Source of the DNA: an uncultured Kiritimatiellota bacterium
GTDB taxonomy: Bacteria; Verrucomicrobiota; Kiritimatiellia; RFP12; UBA1067
Direction of reading: 5' to 3'
DNA length: 64,000 nt
Assembly (NCBI GenBank): GCA_934643865.1
Contig: CAKUCX010000008.1
Span: 2,125 to 66,124, forward strand
Shown here: positions 37,150 to 45,838 of the stretch, piece after piece
How the letters are laid out: each line of letters begins with the position of its first letter
Position numbering within the stretch: the stretch's first letter is position 1
Made by a program: the position numbers and the translations under genes
Notes under the pieces: generated by a model
Seen by the model: only the letters and a program-made list of their open reading frames with translations
Told to the model about the DNA's origin: nothing
Database searches by the model: none

Positions 37150-38838
37150 TCATTCGTCGAGCGCGCCCTTGTAGGCCACGCGGCGGACCTTCTGGATGGA
37201 CGTGCGCGCGAGCGGCTCCTTCGAGACGACGACCTTGCGCACACGCTTGTAGTCCGCGAGGTGCTGGCACTGCGCGTGGACGCGGCTCTGCGCGATCTTC
37301 TCGGCCTCCGGCCACGGCATCTCCACGCCGCCGTTCATCTCCTTGAGGAGGTCCAGGTTCGGATGGACGACGCACCCGACCTTCTCGCCGGGGATGCCGC
37401 CCGTCGTGTAGCCGACGACCACACAGTCCGCCACGACCGGATCGGCCCCGATGCGGGCCTCGACCTCCTCCGGGTAGATGTTCTTGCCCTCGCGGTTCAC
37501 GATGAGCGCCTTCTTGCGGCCTCGGATCGAGATGAGGCCGATCTCGTCGATGGAGGCGAGGTCGCCCGTCTTGAGCCAGTCGCCGTCGAACGCCTCCGCC
37601 GTCGCCGCCTCGTTGTGCCAGTAGCCCTTCATCGTGATCGGCCCCTTGACCTGCAGCTCGCCGACGCCCTGTTCGTTCGGGTCCGCGAGGCGGATCTCGA
37701 TGTTCGCGAGCTTGAGACCGATCGTGCCGATCTTCGCGACCTTCGGCCCCGCAATGGAGACGACGGGCGAGCATTCCGTGAGGCCGTAACCTTCCAGGAC
37801 CGGCAGGGCGAGGCGGCGGAAGCCTTCCAGGACGTGCTTCGGGCACGGCGCGCCGCCCACGATCATGAACCGAAGGCGTCCGCCGAGCCCCTTGCGCACG
37901 TTGTGCCGCACGAGACCGCCGAGGCCGACCGTCATCAGGAAGCGGGCCTTCTTCGACGCCTTGATCTTCGCGTCGATGCGGTCGAACATCTTCTCCGCGA
38001 GGAGCGGCACGCTCATCACGATCGTCGGCTGCAGCACGCGGATGTCCTCGCCGATCGTGTAGAGCGAGCGGACGAACGCCATCTGACAGCCCCGGAAGAG
38101 CCCCAGGACGAAGTTCGTGCAGAACGAGAAGGCGTGGAAGAGCGGCAGCACGACGAGGAGCGTGTCGTTGCCGTCCACCGTCATGTCGTCGAACGCCCGC
38201 AGCGCGCCCTCGATGTCGGCGATGAAGTTCGCGTGCGTGAGCATTGCGCCCTTCGGCTTGCCCGTCGTGCCCGACGTGTAGATGATCGAGGCGACGTCCT
38301 CCTCCTGCGCGACGTGCGTTCCGTACCAGGCCTCGTGTCCGGCGGCCCGCCGCACGGTTTCCGGATCGCTCTTGAGCGCCACGTAGTCGAAGAGCGGCAC
38401 GTCGCCGAGGGCGTCGGGGCCGACCTCCCCGGCGTCCACGAGGACGACGGCGCGCAGGTCGGGCAGGTTCGGGGCGATGAGCCGCATGAGGTCGAGGTGC
38501 GCCTTGTCCGTCGTGACGACGACGGCGCCGGAGTCCTTCAGGATGTACTCGACCTCGGCGCTGTGGAGCTTCGGGTCGAGCGGCACCACGCCCACCCCCG
38601 CGCCGCTGCACGCAAGGTAGGCCTCCATCCACTCGGGACCGTTCGGCAGCATGAGCGCGACGTTCTCGGCGCGTGGGCGCAGCGCGAAATGCGGACCATA
38701 CGCCTCGGCGACCGCGCGCACGCCGGCGAGGAAGTCCGCCCAGCTGCGCGCATGCCAGTCCTTGGCCTCAAAGTAGCGAAGCGCCGTGGCCTGTGGCGTC
38801 TCCTGGGCAAACTTCTCAAGATATGAGCGGATTGTCAT
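37150..38838 (-). CDS. AMP-dependent synthetase/ligase (long-chain acyl-CoA synthetase-like)
   Basis: Start reset to ATG 38838 (MTIRSYLEKF), with AAGGGAG upstream. The AMP-binding motifs IIYTSGTTGKPKGAMLTH, EGYGLTE and WLKTGDLA...RGRKK are present. Confidence 0.85.
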   Translation of the reverse strand: MTIRSYLEKFAQETPQATALRYFEAKDWHARSWADFLAGVRAVAEAYGPHFALRPRAENVALMLPNGPEWMEAYLACSGAGVGVVPLDPKLHSAEVEYILKDSGAVVVTTDKAHLDLMRLIAPNLPDLRAVVLVDAGEVGPDALGDVPLFDYVALKSDPETVRRAAGHEAWYGTHVAQEEDVASIIYTSGTTGKPKGAMLTHANFIADIEGALRAFDDMTVDGNDTLLVVLPLFHAFSFCTNFVLGLFRGCQMAFVRSLYTIGEDIRVLQPTIVMSVPLLAEKMFDRIDAKIKASKKARFLMTVGLGGLVRHNVRKGLGGRLRFMIVGGAPCPKHVLEGFRRLALPVLEGYGLTECSPVVSIAGPKVAKIGTIGLKLANIEIRLADPNEQGVGELQVKGPITMKGYWHNEAATAEAFDGDWLKTGDLASIDEIGLISIRGRKKALIVNREGKNIYPEEVEARIGADPVVADCVVVGYTTGGIPGEKVGCVVHPNLDLLKEMNGGVEMPWPEAEKIAQSRVHAQCQHLADYKRVRKVVVSKEPLARTSIQKVRRVAYKGALDE

Positions 38839-38863
38839 GTCATACTCCCTTTCTCTCGTCAAA

Positions 38864-38872
38864 ATTATACCA
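38864..38872 (-). promoter_or_regulatory. extended -10 box TGGTATAAT for the ligase-to-SGNH operon
   Basis: The reverse complement of attatacca lies 26 nt upstream of ATG 38838, in the 50-nt gap after apbE. Confidence 0.6.
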
Positions 38873-38888
38873 TTTCCAGGCACGCGCC

Positions 38889-39716
38889 TCAGGGGACGCG
38901 GCCGAACTTCGTCAAAGGATCCCGCAGGCGGTCCAGCCACGGGCGCTGCTCCCGCGCCACCCAGACGCCCGCCTCCAGCTCGCGGCACGCCGCCGCCAGC
39001 TCCCGCGCGTCGAGCGCGAGCGCGGCCGTCGAGAGCGCGTCGGCCACCGCGCCCGTCCGGGCCCGGCTCCAGCTCTGCGCCCACCGCACGGCGGGGCCGC
39101 CCCGCCGCACGTCGAAGATGTGCTCGCCGCGCACCTCGAACCCGCTTCCCGAAAGGGCGCCGTCCGAAAGGCGCAGCACCGTCTCCTGCCGCGTCCGCCC
39201 CTTCCAGCGCCCGCCAATGCCAAGCGCCCAGGGTCCGCCGCCGATCACCTGCGTCGAGGAGCCGGCATCCAGAAGCCAGTCATGGAGGTCGAACTGCTCG
39301 GAACGGAGGATCTCCGCACAGACGTCGAGCGCGTAGCCCTTGCCGATGCCGCCGAAGTCGAGCGCGACGGGGCCCTTCCGCACGCCGACGCGCACATGCT
39401 CCACGTCGAGCGTCAGCTCCGCGAAGTTCCGCCGCTCCACCGTCGGGTCGAACGCGCCGCCCGTCGCGGCGCAGACCCGCGCACTCGCCACGAGGACATC
39501 CATCGTCTCGCGCGCCACCGTCGCGATGCCGCCGTCCGGGAGGCCCCGGATCACCGCGACGTCGCTCGTGTCGTTGAAGCGCGTGAGCAACAGCTCCAAT
39601 CCGTCGATCCGGGCGAAACAGGCCGCGGCCGCGGCACCGCACAGCGCCTCGTCCTCATTTAAGCCAAAGGACACCGAGAACTCGGTGTCCATGGCCTTGT
39701 GGGAGAACTTCCTCAC
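38889..39716 (-). CDS. apbE: ApbE-family FAD:protein FMN transferase, with no signal peptide
   Basis: ...ALDFGGIGKGYALD... and the overall ApbE pattern are present. The annotated start is GTG 39716, 1 nt after the cytochrome stop. The conserved MxT start of the ApbE fold (AMDTEF) begins at residue 8. Confidence 0.8.
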   Translation of the reverse strand: MRKFSHKAMDTEFSVSFGLNEDEALCGAAAAACFARIDGLELLLTRFNDTSDVAVIRGLPDGGIATVARETMDVLVASARVCAATGGAFDPTVERRNFAELTLDVEHVRVGVRKGPVALDFGGIGKGYALDVCAEILRSEQFDLHDWLLDAGSSTQVIGGGPWALGIGGRWKGRTRQETVLRLSDGALSGSGFEVRGEHIFDVRRGGPAVRWAQSWSRARTGAVADALSTAALALDARELAAACRELEAGVWVAREQRPWLDRLRDPLTKFGRVP

Positions 39717-39717
39717 G

Positions 39718-42285
39718 TCAGCGCCTTGTACCCTGCCCTGCGCCCTTCAGGCAGAGGCCGCACACGAGCGCGCTCACGGCCGCGAAGGCGAGCGCCACGC
39801 ACCGGTGGCTCCACAGCAGCACGTCCTGTCCGTGGCTGCCGAAGACCGTCATCATCGGCATCACCGCCGTGAAGACCGTCCCCGCCGCGAGGAGCGTCCA
39901 GAACGCCCACGCGAGGGACATCCAGAGATTCCGCTCCGTGCGCTCCGCCGCGCGCATCCCCGCGATCAGGACGACGCCCGCCGCGAAGCCGCCGCCCGCG
40001 ACCATGTGGAGGACGAGCCACCAGCCCGTCATCGCCCCGCACAGCCAGCCGACGACGCCCGACAGGGCGAGGTAGCCGAGGCAGCAGACGAAGCCGACGT
40101 CGACGATCCACTTCGCGAAGCCCCAGATGAAGTCGTCCGAGTTGTCCGAGATCCACCGCCCCAGACGGTTCAGCGCCACGGCCGCCGCCGCCGCCGCGAA
40201 GAGGCAGAGAAGACCGAACACCGTCCAGAGGAACACCTTGAAGAGCGGACGCATCGCGAACGTCGTCCCGAGCGTCGCGTAGTAGAAGCCGTCCACCCCC
40301 AGCAGCTCGGCCTGGGAAACAAACGGCGCCGCAGCCTCCTGCACCGGACCCGTCGGCGCGATCTTCCCGAGGAAGAACGCCGAATCGGCGGTGTGGCACG
40401 CCGCGCACTTGGCCGGCGCCGCGCCGCGCGCCTGGCGCGCCGCGCGCACGTCGTGCCCGACCGGCCAGGAGACCGGCTGCGCCTCGGGTGCGCCCGGCGT
40501 CTTGACGAGCGCACCGTCCGCACCGAGGGAGAAGACGAGCCCGCCCGCGACGTAGCGCACGCCCTTACCCGCATGGACAAGCGCCCGGCGCACCATCTCC
40601 TCCGTGAAGGGCTGCTCGGCGTCCCTGACCTTCGCGTACTGTTCAAGCGTCCAGGCGTCGAGCATCGGCACGAACGCCGTGCCATCCGCCGAAAGCGTCC
40701 CGACGGGGAAGGCGTTCGTCGGGGCCGCCACGCCCTCGCACGCCGTCACGCCGCCCGCGCCGTCGATCGTATAGACCTTGCCCGCGCGGCAGGCGGCGAC
40801 CTTCTCCTTCGACACGCCGACCTTCGCGTTGAAGAGCGTGGCGAGCAGATTGCGGAACTCGCCCGGCGCGCGGTCCTCCGCCGCGATGTAGGGGACGTCG
40901 TTCGTGGGCGTGCGGTAGACGGGCACGCCGTCGTCTCGCAGCGTCGTCACGCCCACGGGGCCGTCCGTCTCCTTCAGGAGTTCCAGCGCCACCGTGACCC
41001 GTTCGACGACCGTGAACGCCTCGCCCGCGAGCGCGGCGGCCTCGGTGGGCGGAACCGGCTTCAGCGCGCCGCCCTCGGCCACGCGGTGGAAACCGCTCGG
41101 CCACATCATGCGGCGGGGCTCCACGACGCCCTGCGCGTTCTTCACGAAGACGGGTTCGAGGATGACCGGGCAGTCCGTCGCCCACTGGGCGCGCCCGTAG
41201 ACGCCGATGCGGTTGGCGCGCGCCGTGCGCACCTGCGCGAGCCTGCCGCCCTCCGTCACGCCCGCGTGGCAGACCGTGCAGGCGAGCTTCTGGAAGTGGA
41301 CGAGCGGGATGCCGGCGTGGACGGGCTTCGGCCCCGCCCCGTCCTTCTCCACGTGGCAGGACGCGCAGCTCTTCGTCGCCACGCGGTGGTCCATCCCGTT
41401 CTGGTGGCAGTCCACGCACCGCATCCCGCGCTGGAGATGCACATCGCCCGAAATCGCGTGGGACGGCATCCCCTTCTGCGACACGCCGTGGCACGCCAGG
41501 CAGTTCTCGTTCTTCGGTTTGCCCACATTGAAGACGCAGCGCCCCTTCTCGTCGAACTTCGCGGGGTCGTAGGCCGTCGTCTCGGGAACCTTGAAGAGAT
41601 GGTCGTCGGGATTTTCCGCCGCCGCCCAGGTGGCCTCCAGCCGCTCGTTCATGCCGCCCACGGCGGCGAGCCCGGAGGCGGCCGTCGCGGCGCCCTGCCA
41701 GTTCTCGCGCAGCACCTGCCGCGCCCACTCGCTCGAATCATAGCCCTCCTGCTGGTGGCAGGCGAGGCAGTTGGGGCCGAGCGCGCCCGTCACGAACCAG
41801 CGCTGGCGCGCGCCGGCGACCTCGTTGAGCGCGTTCGTGTCGCACGCGATGCCGCCGCCGGGGAAGTGGCGGCCGAAGAGCTTCGTCCACTGCCAGCACG
41901 AGAGGCCCACGTCGCGCGGCGCGCGCGCGCCCGCCTGGCCGTGGAGGGAGAGCGGGATCGCCGTGCCCGTCGCCTCGTCCGCCCAGAACCACGGCTCGCC
42001 CGCGACGGAGGACGGCGCGTCGCCCGCGTCCAGCCCCGTGCGGAAGTGGCTGCCCCGGTGCATCGCGGCGACGTCGTGGCACTGCCCGCACGTCTGCGCG
42101 AGGGAGATCGGCCGCGGGAGGCGTGCGGTCGGGGAGACCTTCTCGCCGTCCGCGTCGCGCGGCGCGAGCCTGTGGACGGGGACCGTGCGCCCCCCGTTCC
42201 AGTGCGAGGCCGCTTCGGCCCCCGGACCAATCAACGACGCCGCGAGGGCAAACGCCGCCGCGCACGCGGGAAGGCTGCTCTTCAT
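39718..42285 (-). CDS. heptahaem c-type cytochrome fused to a C-terminal polytopic membrane domain, 855 aa
   Basis: A signal peptide is present. Seven CXXCH motifs are CGQCH, CLACH x2, CVDCH, CASCH, CTVCH and CAACH. The last about 220 aa contain about 5 TM helices with conserved-looking His residues. Confidence 0.8.
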   Translation of the reverse strand: MKSSLPACAAAFALAASLIGPGAEAASHWNGGRTVPVHRLAPRDADGEKVSPTARLPRPISLAQTCGQCHDVAAMHRGSHFRTGLDAGDAPSSVAGEPWFWADEATGTAIPLSLHGQAGARAPRDVGLSCWQWTKLFGRHFPGGGIACDTNALNEVAGARQRWFVTGALGPNCLACHQQEGYDSSEWARQVLRENWQGAATAASGLAAVGGMNERLEATWAAAENPDDHLFKVPETTAYDPAKFDEKGRCVFNVGKPKNENCLACHGVSQKGMPSHAISGDVHLQRGMRCVDCHQNGMDHRVATKSCASCHVEKDGAGPKPVHAGIPLVHFQKLACTVCHAGVTEGGRLAQVRTARANRIGVYGRAQWATDCPVILEPVFVKNAQGVVEPRRMMWPSGFHRVAEGGALKPVPPTEAAALAGEAFTVVERVTVALELLKETDGPVGVTTLRDDGVPVYRTPTNDVPYIAAEDRAPGEFRNLLATLFNAKVGVSKEKVAACRAGKVYTIDGAGGVTACEGVAAPTNAFPVGTLSADGTAFVPMLDAWTLEQYAKVRDAEQPFTEEMVRRALVHAGKGVRYVAGGLVFSLGADGALVKTPGAPEAQPVSWPVGHDVRAARQARGAAPAKCAACHTADSAFFLGKIAPTGPVQEAAAPFVSQAELLGVDGFYYATLGTTFAMRPLFKVFLWTVFGLLCLFAAAAAAVALNRLGRWISDNSDDFIWGFAKWIVDVGFVCCLGYLALSGVVGWLCGAMTGWWLVLHMVAGGGFAAGVVLIAGMRAAERTERNLWMSLAWAFWTLLAAGTVFTAVMPMMTVFGSHGQDVLLWSHRCVALAFAAVSALVCGLCLKGAGQGTRR

Positions 42286-42286
42286 G

Positions 42287-42706
42287 CTAGTTCCTCTCCT
42301 CGTCCTGGGTCGCCAGGGAGAAATTCCACACGTCGGCCGCGCGGCAGGCGTCGATGAGCCCCATGAGCTTCTCGTAGGGGACGGTCTTGTCGGCGCGGAT
42401 GACGACGGGCTGCCCCGGATAGAGCTTCGCGATGCGCGTGAGGCGCGCCGTCACGTCCTCCAGAGACAGCCGGTTGCCGTTCACGGAGACGTCGCCGGAT
42501 GCGTTGAGGTTCAGGATGATCTCGCCCGGCATGCGGCCCGGCACCGTCGCGGACTTCGCGGTCGGCAGGGCGATGGCGACCTCGGTCTCCCACTGGGAGA
42601 AGACGCTGGTGGTCACGAAGAAGCACAGGAGCAGGAAGATGACGTCCATCAGGGACGTCATCTGCAGCGCCGGGGCGTGGCTGCGGATCGTGCGGCGGAA
42701 GTTCAT
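42287..42706 (-). CDS. exbD: ExbD/TolR family biopolymer transport protein
   Basis: At 139 aa it has a single N-terminal TM (LMDVIFLLLCFF) and an ExbD-like periplasmic domain. Its ATG overlaps the exbB stop (TGATG). Confidence 0.85.
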   Translation of the reverse strand: MNFRRTIRSHAPALQMTSLMDVIFLLLCFFVTTSVFSQWETEVAIALPTAKSATVPGRMPGEIILNLNASGDVSVNGNRLSLEDVTARLTRIAKLYPGQPVVIRADKTVPYEKLMGLIDACRAADVWNFSLATQDEERN

Positions 42707-43338
42707 CAGAACGCCTTTTGCAGGATGACCGCGAGCGTCTCAAGCCCGGCGATGCGCTTCGCCGTGCGGCGGCGCAGGAACGCATGGCACGCGAGGCACG
42801 GGATGGAGATGACGAGGCCGAACACCGTCGTGATGATGGCCTGCGAGATGCCGGCGGCGAGGACGACGGGCTTCGCGTTCGCCGCGATGTCGTTCGCGAT
42901 GCCGCCGAACGCCTGGAACATGCCAAGCACCGTGCCGAGCAGGCCCACGAGCGGCGCGATCGCCGCGATGTCCGCAAGCCAGTCGACGGCCGCCTGGAGC
43001 TGCTCCGCGACGTGCGCGCCCGCCGTCTCGACGGCCGGCGACACGTCCACGCGCTGCCCCTGCACCGCGCCCCGCGCCGCGTCGAGCGCCGCGAGCGCGA
43101 GGGCCGCGAACGCGCAGGGCCGCCGCTCACAGAGGCGGCGCGCCTCGCCGTGGTCGCCCACCTGCAGCTTGCTGAAGACGTCGCTCATGAGCGTGCGCGG
43201 CGTCAGCGCCTCGCGCCGCTGCGCGAAGAGGAGATACAGCACAAGCGCGAGCGCAACCACCGAAAGGGCCGCAAGCGCCCACATGAGGGGGCCGCCGTAG
43301 TTCCACGCCTGCGCCAACGTCATACCCGTTTCATTCAT
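42706..43338 (-). CDS. exbB: MotA/TolQ/ExbB proton-channel protein
   Basis: It has three TM segments and ...APLVGLLGTVLGMFQAF.... Its ATG overlaps the argH stop (ATGA at 43335-43338). Confidence 0.85.
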   Translation of the reverse strand: MNETGMTLAQAWNYGGPLMWALAALSVVALALVLYLLFAQRREALTPRTLMSDVFSKLQVGDHGEARRLCERRPCAFAALALAALDAARGAVQGQRVDVSPAVETAGAHVAEQLQAAVDWLADIAAIAPLVGLLGTVLGMFQAFGGIANDIAANAKPVVLAAGISQAIITTVFGLVISIPCLACHAFLRRRTAKRIAGLETLAVILQKAF

Positions 43339-44684
43339 CCGAGGAGTTCCTTCATTTTTGCTTCAAACTGTTCCGCGCGCGCGGCCACCGACGTCCGCAG
43401 CGCCGCCACGCGCCCCGCATAGAGCGCATAGTCGAGCCCGGCGGTGGCGCCCGCGTGCGTCTTCGCCGCGACGGCGGCGTCCGGGTCCTCCGTCGCGAGC
43501 GCCTCCAGGTTGTCGCGCACCTGATGGTAGGCTTCGCGCCAGGGCGTGCCGGCGGCGACCTTCCGGAGCGCGACATCCGTCGCGAACACGCCGGGGATGA
43601 ACCCCGCGCGCAGCTTCGCCTCGTCGACGCCCAGGCCGCGCACGAACTTCGCGAGGATGCGCAGGGTCGTGCGCGTGATCGAGAGCCCCTTCATGTAGAG
43701 GCCCTTGCAATCCTGCAGGTCGCGGTTGTACCCGCCGGGCATCGCGTGGAGCATCGAGAGGGCCGCCGTCGCGAGGCCGAGCACCTGGGCGGTCTTGGAG
43801 CGCACGAGCTCCAGGACGTCCGGGTTGTACTTCTGCGGCATGATCGAGCTGCCCGTGCAGTACGCGCGTGGCAGGGAGAAGTAGCCGAACTCCGGCATCG
43901 AGAAGAGGATCATGTCCTCCGCGAGGCGCGAGAGGACGGCCATCAGCTGCGCGAGCGCCGAGAGGAGCGCCGCCTCGTCCTCGCCGCGCCCCATCGAGGC
44001 GCCGAAGACGTTGTGGAGCGGCCGCGCGAAGCCCAGGAGGTCGCTCGTCCGCTGCCGGTCGAGCGGCAGGGGCACGCCGTACCCCGCCGCGCTGCCGAGC
44101 GGACAGGCGTCGTTCAGCGTGTAGGCGGCCTCCAAGTTCGCCGTCTGGTCGAGGATCATCTCCGCGTGGCCCGTCGCCCACACGCCGACCGAGCTCGGCA
44201 TCGCCGGCTGCAGGTGCGTGCGGCCCACCATCGGCACGCGGTCGTGGACCTTGCCGAAGTCGACGAGTGCCGCCGCGAGATCCGCCAGCTCCCCTTCGAG
44301 GCCCAGGAGCTGGTCCTTGATGTGGAGGCGCACGTCCACCGCGACCTGGTCGTTGCGGCTGCGGCCCGTGTGGATCTTCTTGCCGAGGTCGCCCAGCGTC
44401 TCCGTCAGGCGCGTCTCCACGGCCATGTGGACGTCCTGGTCCTGCTCGCGCACGACGAAGAAGCGGTCGGCCACCACGTCCGCGAGCGCGGCGCGCACGC
44501 GCGCGGCCTCCTCCTGCGTCACGACGGGCGGGGTGACGGGCATCTCCGAAAGCATCGTCACGTGGGCCGCCGTCCCGAGGCAGTCCCAGCGCACAAGGTC
44601 CATGTCGAGGACAGGATCGTCCCCGACCGTGTAGTCGAGGACGTCCGGGTCAACGTCACCGGTTATCGTCTTTTCTGTCTTCAT
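43335..44684 (-). CDS. argH: argininosuccinate lyase
   Basis: Start reset to ATG 44684 (MKTEKTITGD...). The signatures TGRSRNDQVAVD and GSSIMPQKYNPDVLE are present. Confidence 0.95.
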   Translation of the reverse strand: MKTEKTITGDVDPDVLDYTVGDDPVLDMDLVRWDCLGTAAHVTMLSEMPVTPPVVTQEEAARVRAALADVVADRFFVVREQDQDVHMAVETRLTETLGDLGKKIHTGRSRNDQVAVDVRLHIKDQLLGLEGELADLAAALVDFGKVHDRVPMVGRTHLQPAMPSSVGVWATGHAEMILDQTANLEAAYTLNDACPLGSAAGYGVPLPLDRQRTSDLLGFARPLHNVFGASMGRGEDEAALLSALAQLMAVLSRLAEDMILFSMPEFGYFSLPRAYCTGSSIMPQKYNPDVLELVRSKTAQVLGLATAALSMLHAMPGGYNRDLQDCKGLYMKGLSITRTTLRILAKFVRGLGVDEAKLRAGFIPGVFATDVALRKVAAGTPWREAYHQVRDNLEALATEDPDAAVAAKTHAGATAGLDYALYAGRVAALRTSVAARAEQFEAKMKELLG

Positions 44685-45834
44685 CCAAGATCTCTTGCAG
44701 CTGCGCGTCCGCCTCGTCCAGCAGCCGCCCAAGCTCGCCGGGGGCCTCCCCGCGCGCCAGGGCCGCCAGGAACCGGCGGTAGGCCTCGGCCGCCTCGGCC
44801 AGAGCCGGGCCGCGTCCAAGGGCGCAGAACAGCATCTCCCGGGCCTTGCGCGCGGCGGCCTCGCGCAGGGCCGGATGGTCGGCCGAAAGCGCAATCGCCT
44901 CGCGGAAGGTGCAGGATGTGCCATTCGCGCCTATATTTCTATCAAATTCGGCTGGATAAAGCAAGAGACGAGAGGTGAAAACCTTGAGATCCCACCGGCT
45001 CGCCCGCCCCGGGGAGAGGACGGCGCGCGTAAGGCGGGCGAGGCGCTCGTCGCTCGCGCGGTCCTGCTCGTGGGGGTCCTTCTCGCCCGTCAGGTCGGCC
45101 GCGAGGCGCGCAGCGTCGAACGCCCGCCCAGCGGCGAAGCCCTCCAGCGTCTTGCGGAAGAGCTTCCGTTCCTTGAGCCACGCGACGACGTAGCCGCAGA
45201 GCGCCGCATCCTCCCCCTTCCCCGCCCGCAGGTTGCGGCAGAGGGCGGGGAAGAACGGCAGACGCGCCGCGCGCCACATCGCCAGCACCGCGCGCTTGTC
45301 GTCGTGGACCGTCTCCCCGTCGAGCCCCCGCAGGACCCCCAGCACCATCCAGCCCGGCATCGCCGCTGCCGCCGCCACGCCCGGCGGGCGGTTTCGGTCG
45401 ATCCACCCCCGGAAATACGCCTTCACGATCGCGTAGCGCAGCGCCTCCAGATCCGAGAACCCCGGCGACGGCAGCCACACGTGCGTGATCGCCGCCCCCG
45501 CGCGCCGGCCCGCGCGGGAAATCACCCGCACGTCGTTCGTCGTGCCGTCCTGCGCGTGGATGAGGAGGCCCGCCCCGCCGCGCGGCATGGAGAGGCCGTA
45601 GACCCGCTCGACGTCGCGCACAAGGCGCGTCGTGAACTGGAGAATGGGCAGGCGAAACCCCACCGGGTCGCCCGGCACGTCCGCCGCCACAACCTCCACG
45701 AAGCCGTCCGCGCCGCGCGCGACCTTCGGCATGTCCGCCGCGCGCCGCCGGAGAGGCGGCGCGTCCTCCGCCGCCTGCGCCCGGACGGCGAGGGCCGCAC
45801 ACGCCACGAGGGCGAGGAAAAGCATCCTCTTCAT
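44656..45834 (-). CDS. secreted hypothetical protein, 392 aa
   Basis: Signal peptide MKRMLFLALVACAALAVRAQA. Its 3' end overlaps argH by 29 nt. No family was recognised. Confidence 0.6.
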   Translation of the reverse strand: MKRMLFLALVACAALAVRAQAAEDAPPLRRRAADMPKVARGADGFVEVVAADVPGDPVGFRLPILQFTTRLVRDVERVYGLSMPRGGAGLLIHAQDGTTNDVRVISRAGRRAGAAITHVWLPSPGFSDLEALRYAIVKAYFRGWIDRNRPPGVAAAAAMPGWMVLGVLRGLDGETVHDDKRAVLAMWRAARLPFFPALCRNLRAGKGEDAALCGYVVAWLKERKLFRKTLEGFAAGRAFDAARLAADLTGEKDPHEQDRASDERLARLTRAVLSPGRASRWDLKVFTSRLLLYPAEFDRNIGANGTSCTFREAIALSADHPALREAAARKAREMLFCALGRGPALAEAAEAYRRFLAALARGEAPGELGRLLDEADAQLQEILDEDRKDDNR

Positions 45835-45838
45835 GCGC

